A DNA stretch of 64,000 bases from an uncultured Thermoleophilia bacterium (GCA_963702475.1 CAVPCT010000004.1:352001-416000), one strand, 5' to 3'. Shown: positions 9,469 through 19,817, numbered from the stretch's first letter. Notes: generated by a model not told the origin, from the sequence alone. Translations and numbers: made by a program.

Positions 9469-9798
9469 GGACGCGCGGGCGGGTCGTCCGCGGCGGCAGG
9501 TGAGCCGCGGCTCCGCGGCACCCCGCTCCCGAAGCGCGGTCGCGGCAGTCCCGCGCGAGGGCTGTCATCGAGGGTGTGTGCGCCGGTAGAAACGTCCGAA
9601 ACGGCTGATTCGTCCGCCCTTTCCATCAGCCTGACGCTTCCTTCGTGCGCGTTGTGCCTTCAGCGGGGCAGAAGCTCCCGGGCTCCCCCGGTCCGGTCCT
9701 GAAACGCTAATCAGGACTGTGACTGTCTTGATTAGGGCAGACCTCCCTTATCATGTGTCGCCCTGTCGGTGACCGGGCGGAGGTGGAAGGAGGTCACC

Positions 9799-10761
9799 AT
9801 GAACGTGTTCGTCGCCGGCCCGAGGAGCGTCGTCGGGCGCCGGCTCGTGCCCGGACTGCTTGAAGCGGCGCACGACGTCATCGGCCTCAGCCGTACCGCG
9901 CAGGGCGCTCGGGCGCTCGAGAGCCTCGGGATCCGCGGGGTCACCGGTGACGTGCTCGACCGGGAGCGCATGTTCGAGGTGCTCGGCGTGGAGCGTCCTG
10001 AGGTCGTGGTCTTCGAGGTGAGCGGCATCCCCGATCAGCTGGCTCCGGGGCACACGCGCGACCAGTTCGCGAGGAGCGTGCTGATCCGTACGGCGGGCGT
10101 GCGGAACGTGGTGGACGCGGCGCGCGCCGCGGGCACGCGCCGCGTCGTCGCCCAGAGCTACGCACACGTCTACGCCCCTGAGGGCGGCTGGGTGAAGCAG
10201 GAGAGCGAGCGTCTCAACCTCGGCGACCACGTGTCCGAGGATCGGCGCCGGAACGTAGAAGCCATCGTTGCGCTCGAGGACGCCGTCTGCGGTACCCCGG
10301 ACATCGAGGGCGTGGCCCTGCGCTACGGCTCCCTGTACGGGCCCTGCACGGCGTTCGATTGGGACGGGTCGGTGGCTGAGCTGGTGCGGGCACGGAAGTA
10401 CCCGCTCGTCGGGGGAGGTACCGGCTGGAGCTCGTTCCTCCACGTTGACGACGCCGCCCAGGCCGCGCTGCTCGCCCTCGACGGGCCGGAGGGCCGCTTC
10501 AACATCGGCGACGACGAACCCGCGCCGGTGAACGCGTGGCTGCCGGTGTACGCGAAGGAGGTGTGCGCGCCGGCGCCACGGCATGTCCCCGCCTTTGCGG
10601 CGCGCGCCCTGTTCGGCGAGCGCTTCGCCTTCCGCTCTACGGAGCAGCGCGCGGCCGATAACCGCTGGGCGCGCGCGCAGCTCGGCTTCGACCCGCGGTA
10701 CCGCTCCTGGCGACACGGGTTCCACGCCGAGTTCGAGCTCGAGCTGGAGCAGGCGGCATGA
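9799..10761 (+). CDS. NAD-dependent epimerase/dehydratase family protein
   Basis: Degenerate Rossmann start 'VFVAGPRSVVG', 'LRYGSLYGP', 'SFLHVDDAA', 'FNIGDDEP'; RBS GGAGG. Confidence 0.85.
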   Translation: MNVFVAGPRSVVGRRLVPGLLEAAHDVIGLSRTAQGARALESLGIRGVTGDVLDRERMFEVLGVERPEVVVFEVSGIPDQLAPGHTRDQFARSVLIRTAGVRNVVDAARAAGTRRVVAQSYAHVYAPEGGWVKQESERLNLGDHVSEDRRRNVEAIVALEDAVCGTPDIEGVALRYGSLYGPCTAFDWDGSVAELVRARKYPLVGGGTGWSSFLHVDDAAQAALLALDGPEGRFNIGDDEPAPVNAWLPVYAKEVCAPAPRHVPAFAARALFGERFAFRSTEQRAADNRWARAQLGFDPRYRSWRHGFHAEFELELEQAA

Positions 10762-11222
10762 CGGAGTCGGTCTGGGAGTACCCGCGACCGCCGCGGGTGG
10801 AGGCGACCACGCGGAGGATCCGCGTCGTCTTCAACGGCGTCGTCGTCGCCGAGACGTCGCGAGCGCTCCGCGTGCTGGAGACCAGCCACCCGCCGGTGTA
10901 CTACGTGCCGCCTGAGGACGTGCGCACGGAGCACGTGCGCCCGAGCCGGCGGCACAGTTACTGCGAGTTCAAGGGTGAGGCTGGGTACTACGACCTGGAG
11001 GTCGGTGGGCGCGTAGCCAAGGAGGCCGCCTGGTACTATCCTCGCCCCGTGCGCGCGTACGAGGCGCTTCGCGACCACGTGGCCTTCTACCCCGGTCGCG
11101 TGGACGCGTGCTACGTGGACGACGAGCAGGTGCAGCCGCAGGCCGGGGACTTCTATGGCGGCTGGATCACCAGCGACATCACCGGTCCGTTCAAGGGTGG
11201 GCCCGGCACGACCGGATGGTGA
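10758..11222 (+). CDS. DUF427 domain protein
   Basis: 'ESVWEYPRPP', 'VLETSHPPVYY', 'CEFKGEAGYYD', 'FYGGWIT...GPFKG'. Confidence 0.9.
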   Translation: MTESVWEYPRPPRVEATTRRIRVVFNGVVVAETSRALRVLETSHPPVYYVPPEDVRTEHVRPSRRHSYCEFKGEAGYYDLEVGGRVAKEAAWYYPRPVRAYEALRDHVAFYPGRVDACYVDDEQVQPQAGDFYGGWITSDITGPFKGGPGTTGW

Positions 11223-11247
11223 GTCCGGCTGAGGATGGTGATGGGAC

Positions 11248-12597
11248 GTGAACGGCGAGGAGGGGCTGCTGCGGGACGCGGCCGCGCGGGCCATCCGCTA
11301 CCGGAGCGGGTTGGCGGACCGCAAGGTCAGGGCCGAGGCGGACGCTTTGGCGGCCCTGTCGCGGTTCGAGGAGCCACTGCCGGAAGGGCCACAGGTCCCT
11401 GCGGCCGTACTCGCGATGCTGGACGAGCTGGGTTCGCCGGCCACGACGGCGACGGCCGGACCGCGGTTCTTCGGCTTCGTGATCGGCGGGTCGCTGCCGG
11501 TGACGGTAGCGGCGTCCTGGCTGGCCACGGCGTGGGACCAGAACGCCGGCGCCTATGTCGCCTCGCCTGTCGCGGCGACACTCGAGCAGATCGCGCAGGG
11601 TTGGCTCGTCGACCTGCTGGGCCTGCCGGAGACCACGGTGGCCGGCTTCGTGACCGGAGCGACCATGGCCAACTTCAGCGCGCTGGCGGCCGCGCGGCAC
11701 CACGTCCTGGCCGCGGCCGGCTGGGACGTGGACGAGCGCGGCCTGGCCGGCGCGCCGCCGCTGACCGTGATCGTCGGCGAGGAGGCGCACCCCTCGGTCC
11801 ACAAGGCGCTCGGCCTGCTCGGCATCGGCCGGCAGAACGTGGTCGCCGTGCCGGCGGACGGGCAGGGCGCGCTGCGCGCCGACGCCTTGCCCGGCATCTC
11901 CGGCCCCACGATCGTGTGCCTGCAGGCCGGCAACGTGAACACCGGCGCCTTCGACCCGTTCGCGGAAGTGTGCGAGGCGGCGCACGCCGGCGGCGCCTGG
12001 GTGCACGTGGACGGCGCCTTCGGGCTGTGGGCGGCGGCGGCGCCGGCGCGGGCGCACCTGGTGCGCGGGCTGAGCGCGGCCGACTCGTGGGCCACCGACG
12101 CGCACAAGTGGCTGAACGTGCCCTACGACAGCGGCCTGGCGTTCGTGCGCGACCCCGAGCCGCTGCGCGCGGCCATGGGCGTCACCGCCGCCTACCTGCC
12201 AACGAGCATGATGCGCGAGCCCTCGGCGCACGCGCCGGAGCTGTCGCGCCGCGCCCGCGCGGTCGAGGTCTGGGCGGCCCTGCGCACGCTGGGCCGCGCC
12301 GGCGTGGGCGACCTGGTCGAGCGCGGCTGCCGTCACGCGGCGACGTTCGCCGAGGGCCTCCGCGAGGCCGGGTACGAGATCCTCAACGACGTCGTGCTCA
12401 ACCAGGTGCTCGTCGAGTTCGGGGACGAGGAGCGCACGCGCCGCGTCATCGCCGCCATCCAGGAGGACGGCACCTGCTGGGCGGGCGTCACCGTCTGGCG
12501 TGGCCACACGGCGATGCGCATCAGTGTCTCCGGCTGGTCGACCACGGACGACGATGTGGAGCGGAGCCTCACGGCGATGCTGCGCGCGGCGGGCTGA
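11248..12597 (+). CDS. Pyridoxal-dependent (group II) decarboxylase
   Basis: 'WVHVDGAFGLW', PLP lysine in 'DAHKWLNVPYDSG', 'ELSRRARA'. Confidence 0.9.
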   Translation: MNGEEGLLRDAAARAIRYRSGLADRKVRAEADALAALSRFEEPLPEGPQVPAAVLAMLDELGSPATTATAGPRFFGFVIGGSLPVTVAASWLATAWDQNAGAYVASPVAATLEQIAQGWLVDLLGLPETTVAGFVTGATMANFSALAAARHHVLAAAGWDVDERGLAGAPPLTVIVGEEAHPSVHKALGLLGIGRQNVVAVPADGQGALRADALPGISGPTIVCLQAGNVNTGAFDPFAEVCEAAHAGGAWVHVDGAFGLWAAAAPARAHLVRGLSAADSWATDAHKWLNVPYDSGLAFVRDPEPLRAAMGVTAAYLPTSMMREPSAHAPELSRRARAVEVWAALRTLGRAGVGDLVERGCRHAATFAEGLREAGYEILNDVVLNQVLVEFGDEERTRRVIAAIQEDGTCWAGVTVWRGHTAMRISVSGWSTTDDDVERSLTAMLRAAG

Positions 12598-12612
12598 GGT
12601 GGGGAGTCCGTC

Positions 12613-14312
12613 ATGGATCCGCGAGCGCCCATCATCCTCGTCGTTGACGACGACATCGCCGGCCTGACGATCACCGAGCAGGAGCTGCGGAAGCGCTACG
12701 GGCAGGACTACCGCGTGCTTGCCCGGCAGTCGGCGGCGGCGGCGCTGGACGAGCTCCGCCGTCTCAGGGCCGCCGCCCAGCCCGTGGCCCTGGTGCTCGC
12801 CGACCAGCACATGCCGGAGATGGACGGGGCCGACTTCCTCGGCGAGGCGCGCCTGATCGACCCGGTGGCCAAGCGCGTCATGCTGGTCTCCTGGGGCGAC
12901 ACGAGCGCACCCGAGGCGATCCTGCACGGCTGCGCCGTCGGACAGATCGAGTTCTTCATCCGCAAGCCGTGGCATGCGGGCACCGACGAGCTCTTCCACC
13001 GCGAGGTGGCCGGCTTTCTGTACGAGTGGGCGCGGCTGCAGCGCCCGGTGTACGAGGCGGTACGCCTCGTCGGCGAGCGCTGGGCCCCGCGCTCGGTACC
13101 GAGCTCCGCGACCTGCTCGGCCGCAACGGCGTCGCCTACGGGTTCTACGACGCCGACTCGGAGGAGGGCCGGAGCATCCTGCGGGACGCTGGCCTCCTCG
13201 AGGCGCCCCGGCTGCCGGTCGCCGTCGTCTTCGGGGGCCGGGTCCTGCAGGACCCGGGCAACCGCGAGGTCGCGGAGGCGCTGGGGGTGCGCAGCCGGCC
13301 GTCCGCCGACGAGTGCGACCTCGTCGTCGTCGGCGCGGGGCCGGCCGGTCTGGGCGCCGCCGTGTACGGGTCGTCGGAGGGCCTCGGCACGGTCGTGCTC
13401 GAGCGCGAGGCCCTCGGCGGCCAGGCCGGCCAGAGCACCATGATCCACAACTACCTCGGCTTCCCCGCCGGCGTCTCCGGCGCGGAGCTGGCTTACCGCG
13501 CCTACGAGCAGGCATGGCAGTTCGGGGCCGAGTTCCTGTTCGCCAACGAGGCCACGTCGCTACGGAGCGACGAGGACGGCGTCCACGTGCTCGGGCTCGT
13601 CGACGGCTCGTCGCTGCGTGCCCGCGCCGTGATCCTCGCGATGGGCGTCACCTACCGCAGGATCGGCGTGCCCCGGCTGGAGGATTACCGCGGCGCGGGC
13701 GTGTTCTACGGGTCGGTGTCGTCGGAGGCGCGGTCGCTGGCCGACATGGACGTGTACATCGTGGGCGGCGGCAACTCGGCCGGCCAGGCCGCCCTGCACC
13801 TCGCCAAGTACGCCCGTTACGTCACGCTCGTCACCCGCGGGGAGGCGCTGGCGGACAGCATGTCGCAGTACCTTCTCCACATCCTCGAGAACGAGGCGCG
13901 CGTGAGGGTGCGCAGCCGCACGTACATCGTCGACGGAGACGGGGACGCGAGGTTGCGGCAGCTCACGCTCGAGGACCGCGACAGCGGCGCGCGGACCACG
14001 GTGCCGGCCGACGCGCTGTTCGTGATGATCGGCGCCGACCCTCATACCGACTGGCTGCCGGACGCGGTCGCCAGGGACGCCGGCGGCTTCGTGCTCACCG
14101 GCCCGGACATCCTGGCGGCAGGGTTGCCGCTGCCGTGGCCGCTGGAGCGCCTGCCGCTCGGCCTCGAGACGAGCGTGCCTGGCGTGTTCGCCGCCGGGGA
14201 CGTGCGCGCCGACTCCGTGAAGCGCGTGGCCTCAGCTGTCGGCGAAGGCGCGGTGGCCGTGCGTCTGGCGCAGCAGCACCTGACGGCCGACCGGCTGCGA
14301 CAGCCCGTCTGA
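12613..14312 (+). CDS. Receiver domain fused to thioredoxin-reductase-like FAD oxidoreductase (frameshift near 13098)
   Basis: REC 'LVVDDD...LADQHMPEMDG...RKPW' in ORF 12613; TrxR-like 'GAGPAG', 'GGGNSAGQAA', 'TSVPGVFAAGDVR' in ORF 12969; frames join at WAPRS/ELRDLLGRN. Confidence 0.85.
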
Positions 14313-14500
14313 CGCTCGTCCCCCTCCGCGGCCGGCCCCGCCGGCCCTCATCACGCACACTGCCGCTGTCCGTGAACGCACGCTGCCATGGCCGTGCACC
14401 ATGCGCCTGTGCGGCGACTCAGCCGACAGCTTCAAAGCTGTCAACACCGAGTGCCCGCACACGCACTACCCGGCCGGCCCTCGGTCGTGCGGCCGGCCGG

Positions 14501-14911
14501 TCACTCCGGCAGCGGCACGGTGTCCCAGTCCGACGGCGCGAACGCCGCGCCGGGCTCGGCCCCGACGACGAACATCGTCGTGCCGGCCTCGACGGCCACG
14601 ACGCCGCGCACGGTGGCCGGATCGGGGACGTAGAGGAACGTCCCGGCCGGGCCGTCGATCTCCTCGCCGTCGACCCGGTACGTGGCGTGGCCGCTGACGA
14701 TCAGGAAGAGCTCTTCGTGACGCGTCTCGACCTCGTCGTGATCGTGAGTGAGCGTGTCGCCCGCCTCCGTGGCGCGTGCGAGGGCGGTGCCGAACGAGCC
14801 GATGCCGAAGACGCGCCGCACCGGCTTCCACTCAGTGCCCGGCGACGAGCCCTCTTCGAACGGCATGTCGTCGATGTGCGCGACCTGGTACGTGGCGTGG
14901 CCGTCAGTCAT
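14501..14911 (-). CDS. Cupin domain protein
   Basis: 'HDHDE...HEELFLIVSGHATYRVDGEEI' cupin motifs; RBS AGGAGG. Confidence 0.8.
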   Translation of the reverse strand: MTDGHATYQVAHIDDMPFEEGSSPGTEWKPVRRVFGIGSFGTALARATEAGDTLTHDHDEVETRHEELFLIVSGHATYRVDGEEIDGPAGTFLYVPDPATVRGVVAVEAGTTMFVVGAEPGAAFAPSDWDTVPLPE

Positions 14912-14983
14912 GTGGACCTCCTGATCGCTGTGTGGGGACGTTGCGTCCGGGTGACGCCATCTGCGCGCCGCGGCCGGCCGGGT

Positions 14984-16256
14984 TCACTGGTCGAGCATCC
15001 GCCGCGGGTCGTCCGGGCCGATGCCGAGCTGCGGAGCCGTGCCGCGCAGCTCCAGTAGCTTCTGCTTGAGCTCCCGCTGCATCTGCGTGATCTCGCCCTC
15101 GGCCGCGAGCTCTGCGGGCGCGGCCCTCCGCCTGGATCTGGATCGTCTCCTCCAGCGTCGCGATGAGGTCGGCATTGACCTTCTGCAGGGTCTCCACGTC
15201 CACCACGCCGCGCTCGACCTCGCGCTGCACCTTGGCCGAGCCGGTCTTGAGCAGCTCGGCGTTCTTGGCCAGCAGCTCGTTGGTCGTGTCGGTGACCTCC
15301 CTCTGCAGGTCCACGGCCTTCTGCTGGCGGTACAGGCTGATGGCGATGACGATCTGGTTCTTCCACAGCGGGATGGTGGTGAGCACCGAGGCCTGGATCT
15401 TCTCGACCAGGTTCTGGTCGTTGCTCTGGATGAGGCGGAGCTGTGGCGCGGTCTGCACGGCGATCATCCGTGTGAGCTTGAGGTCGTGGATGCGCCGCTC
15501 GAAGCGCGCCGCCGCCTGCTGCAGGTCGGTGAGGCGCTGGGCCGCCATGATGTCGTTCGAGGCCGCCACCTCGGCCTCCATGGCCGGGATCTTGACCCTG
15601 TAGAGCTCGTCGAGCGCCTGCTCGCCGGCGGCGATGTACACGTCCAGCTGCTTCAGGTAGTCGAGGTTGAGCTGGTACATCTTGTCGAGGACGGTCATGT
15701 CCTTGAGCAGGGCCATGCGCGAGCGCTCGAGAGCGTCGATGATGCGGTCGATGCCGGTGGCGACCTTCTGGTAGCGCGTGGCGAAGCGGTCGAAGCTGTT
15801 GGCGAAGCGCCCGAAGATCGGGATCCTGCCTTTGCCGCCGTCGCCGAGCGCGTCGACGTCGATCTCGCGGACCTTCTTGAGCAGGTCCGCAAGGGCCTCT
15901 CCGCCCGCCCCCGCGTCCTTGTTGCGTACGTCGTTCAGCAGCGAGTCGGCGAAGTTGGCGATGCGGCTCTGCGCCGGAAGGCCGTAACTGAGCACCGACT
16001 GCGAGTCGTTGACGTCGACCTGTCGCGCGATCTCGGCGACGCGGGCCCTGTCCTCCGGGCTCAGCGGTCCGGCGGCTGGTGCGCTGCCGGCCGGGGCCGT
16101 CGTCGCGGCCGCGCCGCCCGTGGTCGCGGGCGCGCCCGGCGCTCCGGCCGGGACGACCTCCGCCCCCGGGGCGCCGCCTCCGGCCGTCGTGCCGCCTCCG
16201 TCTCCGCCGGCTCCGGCGTCCGCGCGCGGCCCGGTCACGTCGATGTCGTCGCTCAT
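14984..16256 (-). CDS. telA: Toxic anion resistance protein TelA (frameshift near 15112)
   Basis: 'RRIHDLKLTRMIAVQTAPQLRLIQSND...TTIPLWKNQ...NAELLK...ERGVVDVETL'; C-terminus continues in ORF 14984..15175. Confidence 0.88.
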
Positions 16257-16257
16257 A

Positions 16258-17232
16258 TCAGCTCCCCGGTGTCTGGGTGTACATGGTCTCGCTGCGCACG
16301 GTGCGTTCCAGCAGCTCGATCTCGCTGTCGAGGTCCATGGCGCGGTCCTCGAGCACTGCCGCGAGCTGCCGGTCGAACGCCTGCTGCACGACGCGCAGGG
16401 ACGCTTCGGCGCGGGCCAGCGTCGCCGTGATGTCCGGCGTCGCCGCCCCGCGCTCGTTGAGGTGCACATAGCCCTCGACGATGCGCTGCGCCGCGTCGAG
16501 GTAGTAGGTCAGGAAGCCCCGTGCTGCGTCGAGCTTGCGCGGCTGCGCCGCAAGCTCGGCGAGGATCTGGTCGGCGGTGCGGCACAGGGCCACCACCTGG
16601 TCGCGGACCTCCGCCTTGCCGATGGCGCCGGCGTCCTTGAGGATCACGTCGACCTGGTCGCGCGCCGGACGCAGGACCTCTGCGGTCGCGTCGTCGATGC
16701 CCCTGGGCAGCTGCGCCCGCGGCACCGACTCCAGCAGCGACGGCGGCTGCGGGGGCTTCGGCAGGCTCTTGGGCGGCGCGTCGCCGAACATGATGGCCCG
16801 GTAGTAGGGCCGCAGGTACAGGCCGTGCGCTACGCTGGCAATCGACACGAAGAGCTGCACCCCCACCATGGGCCAGAACAGCGGCGAGTTGAAGGCCAGG
16901 ATCGTGAGGATCACCGGCAGGGCGTACAGGAAGCCGACCAGGGTCCACGGCAGGTGCTTGGCCCGTACCCCGATCCACACGAAGGCGAGCCAGTTCATGA
17001 ATCCGAGCGTGAACGTCCACAGGATCCAGCCGGAGTAGCGCCACCACCAGCGGTACTTGGTCTTCGGCCGGGACGCCGGCGGCGGCGCCTCGACGACCGC
17101 TACGCCGCCCGCCTGCGGCTTGAGTTGCTGCACGTCGCGCACGGCCGACGCCGGGTGCCCGTTCTGGCACTCGCCGTAGGGCGTCAGCCACACCCAGCGT
17201 TCACAGACGCTGCAGTATCCACCCAAGGGCAT
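16258..17232 (-). CDS. XpaC-like (5-bromo-4-chloroindolyl phosphate hydrolysis family) membrane protein
   Basis: C-terminal 'ARGFLTYYLDAAQRIVEGY...DLDSEIELL'; directly upstream of telA, the usual pairing; N-terminal CxxC...CxxxH and 3 TM segments. Confidence 0.78.
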   Translation of the reverse strand: MPLGGYCSVCERWVWLTPYGECQNGHPASAVRDVQQLKPQAGGVAVVEAPPPASRPKTKYRWWWRYSGWILWTFTLGFMNWLAFVWIGVRAKHLPWTLVGFLYALPVILTILAFNSPLFWPMVGVQLFVSIASVAHGLYLRPYYRAIMFGDAPPKSLPKPPQPPSLLESVPRAQLPRGIDDATAEVLRPARDQVDVILKDAGAIGKAEVRDQVVALCRTADQILAELAAQPRKLDAARGFLTYYLDAAQRIVEGYVHLNERGAATPDITATLARAEASLRVVQQAFDRQLAAVLEDRAMDLDSEIELLERTVRSETMYTQTPGS

Positions 17233-17387
17233 GACTACTCCTCACACAGGGGCCTCGCTGTATGCAGGATAGCCCTCTTGGGCTCCTGTCACACATCAGC
17301 GGGATCTGAACGGCGCCGGGGAGACGCCCCGCCCCGCCTGCTGTACTCTAGGCGTTCACACATCGTCATCCACCGGAGCCCGCTTCC

Positions 17388-17774
17388 ATGACCGACCAAG
17401 TCCAGACTCGCATCCGCGTCGCCGTGCCCTCCGAGGCGCCCGGCGGCTTCGACGCCCCGCGCTCCGGCCACTTCGGCCGCAGCCCGAACTTCACCCTCAT
17501 CGATATCGTGGACGGCGACGTTGCCGCCGTCGACGTGGTCGCCAACCGGCCGCACACGCACGGCGGCTGCATGTCCCCCGTCGTCACCCTGGGCGAGAAC
17601 CTGGTGGACGTGGTGATCGTGGCCGGCATCGGCCATCAGCCGCTGCTCGGCTGCGTGCAGGCCGGCATCCGCGTGTTCGCCGGCGAAGACCGGCCGGACG
17701 TGCGCTCGGTCGTCCAGGCGTTCGTCGACATGGAGCTCTCGCCGGTCGGGCCGGACGCGACCTGTTTGCACTGA
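17388..17774 (+). CDS. NifB/NifX-family (IMCBP) protein
   Basis: 'SGHFGRSPNFTLID', 'HGGC', 'VDVVIVAGIG'. Confidence 0.85.
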   Translation: MTDQVQTRIRVAVPSEAPGGFDAPRSGHFGRSPNFTLIDIVDGDVAAVDVVANRPHTHGGCMSPVVTLGENLVDVVIVAGIGHQPLLGCVQAGIRVFAGEDRPDVRSVVQAFVDMELSPVGPDATCLH

Positions 17775-18067
17775 CCGACGCAGAGCGTCAGCCGGCGGTG
17801 CGGCGAGCAGGCACCGCCTACTGGATGTCTGGGCCGCTCCGGTCGAATCCAGCCCCTCGCGTGCCCGCGCCGCTGTTCACGTCGCTTCATATCATCGGCA
17901 CCCCGTCCCGGCCTCGCGACCATCAGTCGGCCGCCGGACACACAGCATCCTCCCTCGGGTCGCTCCCGGAGGTCGGCTGCGTGCGACGGCGACCGGACGA
18001 TGGTTCGTGCCTCGGGGAATACACAGGGGGTGACCGTTCAGACCACCACGGGAGCGGAGGTCCTTCC

Positions 18068-18529
18068 ATGCAAGCACCGCAGCAGATCACCCCGACGGGG
18101 CTCGCAGACTACTTCGACGTACTCACCAAGGCCGTGTTCCAGTCGGGCCTGAGCTGGCAGGTCGTCGAGGCCAAGTGGCTCGGCTTCCGCGACGCGTTCG
18201 CGGGGTTCGACCCGACGAAGGTCGCGGCGTTCGGCGGCGACGACGTGGAGCGGCTCGCCGCAGACACGCGCATCGTGCGCAACCGCAAGAAGATCGAGGC
18301 CACGGTGACCAACGCCCAGCGGATGGTGGAGCTCGACGCGGGGGACGGCGGTTTCGCAGGCTGGCTGGGGTCGCGCGGCGATTTCGCGCAGACGGTCGCC
18401 GCGCTCCGTTCCGAGTTCCGCTTCATGGGCGACATGGGCTGCTACTTCTTCCTGTACGTGGTCGGCGAGCCGGTGCCGACGCACGAGGAGTGGATGAAGT
18501 CGCACCAGCCGGCGGCGCGGCGCAGGTGA
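18068..18529 (+). CDS. DNA-3-methyladenine glycosylase I-like protein
   Basis: 'VFQSGLSWQVVEAKW...FAGFDP...IVRNRKKIEATVTNA...FRFMG'; RBS GGAGG. Confidence 0.85.
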   Translation: MQAPQQITPTGLADYFDVLTKAVFQSGLSWQVVEAKWLGFRDAFAGFDPTKVAAFGGDDVERLAADTRIVRNRKKIEATVTNAQRMVELDAGDGGFAGWLGSRGDFAQTVAALRSEFRFMGDMGCYFFLYVVGEPVPTHEEWMKSHQPAARRR

Positions 18530-18606
18530 CGCGGCCCGGACGCCGGGTCCGCCAACCTGGCGGTTGACGTCAGCCATGCGTACATCGACACACCGGGAGG
18601 TACCCC

Positions 18607-19077
18607 GTGAGTAAGACCAGACCCGACGACGCGGACCTCAAGGCGCGCCTCACCGAACTGCAATACCGCGTGACGCAGCGCGAGGGCACCGAGCCGCCGT
18701 TCGACAACGAGTATTGGGACGAGCACCGCGACGGCCTGTACGTGGACGTCGTGAGCGGTGAGCCGCTCTTCAGCAGCCGCGACAAGTACGACTCGGGCAC
18801 GGGGTGGCCGAGCTTCACGCGGCCACTGCGGCCCGAGTCCGTGACCACGAAGACGGACTACAAGCTTCTGATGCCGCGATCCGAGGTGCGGGCCGCCGGC
18901 TCCGGCTCGCACCTGGGCCACGTGTTCGGCGACGGTCCGCGGCCGACGGGGCAGCGCTACTGCATGAACTCGGCGGCGCTTCGCTTCATCCCTAAGGAGG
19001 ACCTGGCGGCCGAGGGGTACGGCGAGTTCCTGCGCCTGTTCGATGAAGCCGGCGAGGCCGGCGACGGAGACGGGTGA
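18607..19077 (+). CDS. msrB: Peptide-methionine (R)-S-oxide reductase
   Basis: 'GTEPPF', 'SGTGWPSF', '[11 protein letters not shown]', catalytic 'RYCMNSAAL'. Confidence 0.96.
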   Translation: MSKTRPDDADLKARLTELQYRVTQREGTEPPFDNEYWDEHRDGLYVDVVSGEPLFSSRDKYDSGTGWPSFTRPLRPESVTTKTDYKLLMPRSEVRAAGSGSHLGHVFGDGPRPTGQRYCMNSAALRFIPKEDLAAEGYGEFLRLFDEAGEAGDGDG

Positions 19078-19202
19078 GGCCGGCCGGAGCGCCGGGCACG
19101 GCGCGGGGCGGCGGCCTCCGGGCGGCGACGCGTGCCGGCTGGGTCGCAGGCTCGCGACGGCTCCGTGTCGCGAGCCTGCGCACGCTTGGATAGGATTCGC
19201 GT

Positions 19203-19817
19203 GTGAGCACCTACCGGAGCGAAGAAGAAGCCGTGATCGGCCTGGCGAGGCAGCTCGCCGACGCCTGCCGCGAGGCGGGCACCGAAGAGGACATGGCGTA
19301 CGCCGCCGACGCGGTGGACGACTTTCTGCACGACAACGACACGCACGCGCCCGCCGAGGCGCTCATCGCGTTGCTCGACCTGCCCATGAACAAGCACACC
19401 TGGCCCCTCGTCGACAGCGTTGAGGAGACGCTCATCGCGCGGGGCTGGGAGGTCGTCGAGCCACTGCTGGCGGCCGCCTTGGGGCGTGTGTACGACCTCG
19501 CCGGGCCGGTGCCCACGCGGGCGCGCGAGACGCTGAACGGGTTGCCCGGCGGCAAGTTCATCTTCGGGCTGATCGACGTGCTGAGGGGAAAGGGCGACGA
19601 CGACCTCAAGCAGGCGGCCGTGAAGGAGCTCGTCGCGTTCGGTCAGACGGCCGAGCCGGCACTGCTGGAGGCGCTGGACCATCCGGTGGCAGAGCCTTGG
19701 GCGCAGGACGCGCTGGGCGACCTGAGGGCGGCGCGCGAGGAGGCCAGGCTGCACGACGACCTGGAGCGTGCAGCCAAGGGGGACGACCGTGTGGGGGGGA
19801 GAACAGGAGATGACTGA
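19203..19817 (+). CDS. Hypothetical alpha-helical (HEAT-repeat-like) protein
   Basis: Coding-like codon use; 'AVKELVAFGQTAEPALLEAL' HEAT-like; overlaps the amidase start. Confidence 0.6.
   Translation: MSTYRSEEEAVIGLARQLADACREAGTEEDMAYAADAVDDFLHDNDTHAPAEALIALLDLPMNKHTWPLVDSVEETLIARGWEVVEPLLAAALGRVYDLAGPVPTRARETLNGLPGGKFIFGLIDVLRGKGDDDLKQAAVKELVAFGQTAEPALLEALDHPVAEPWAQDALGDLRAAREEARLHDDLERAAKGDDRVGGRTGDD

Noticed and set aside
9590-9690. Glycine-riboswitch-like words on the minus strand (GCTGAAGGCACAAC ... GCGTCAGGC)
   Set aside because: Lacks the GGAGA and CUCUCAGG core, and there is no downstream gene on that strand
17388-17774. NifX-family gene as evidence of nitrogen fixation
   Set aside because: No nif genes nearby; this family is common in non-diazotrophic anaerobes
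17800-17900. GGTCGAATCC resembling a tRNA T-loop, and a short minus-strand ORF (MKRREQRRGH...)
   Set aside because: No cloverleaf can be formed; the ORF runs antisense into the NifX-family gene and has no recognisable features
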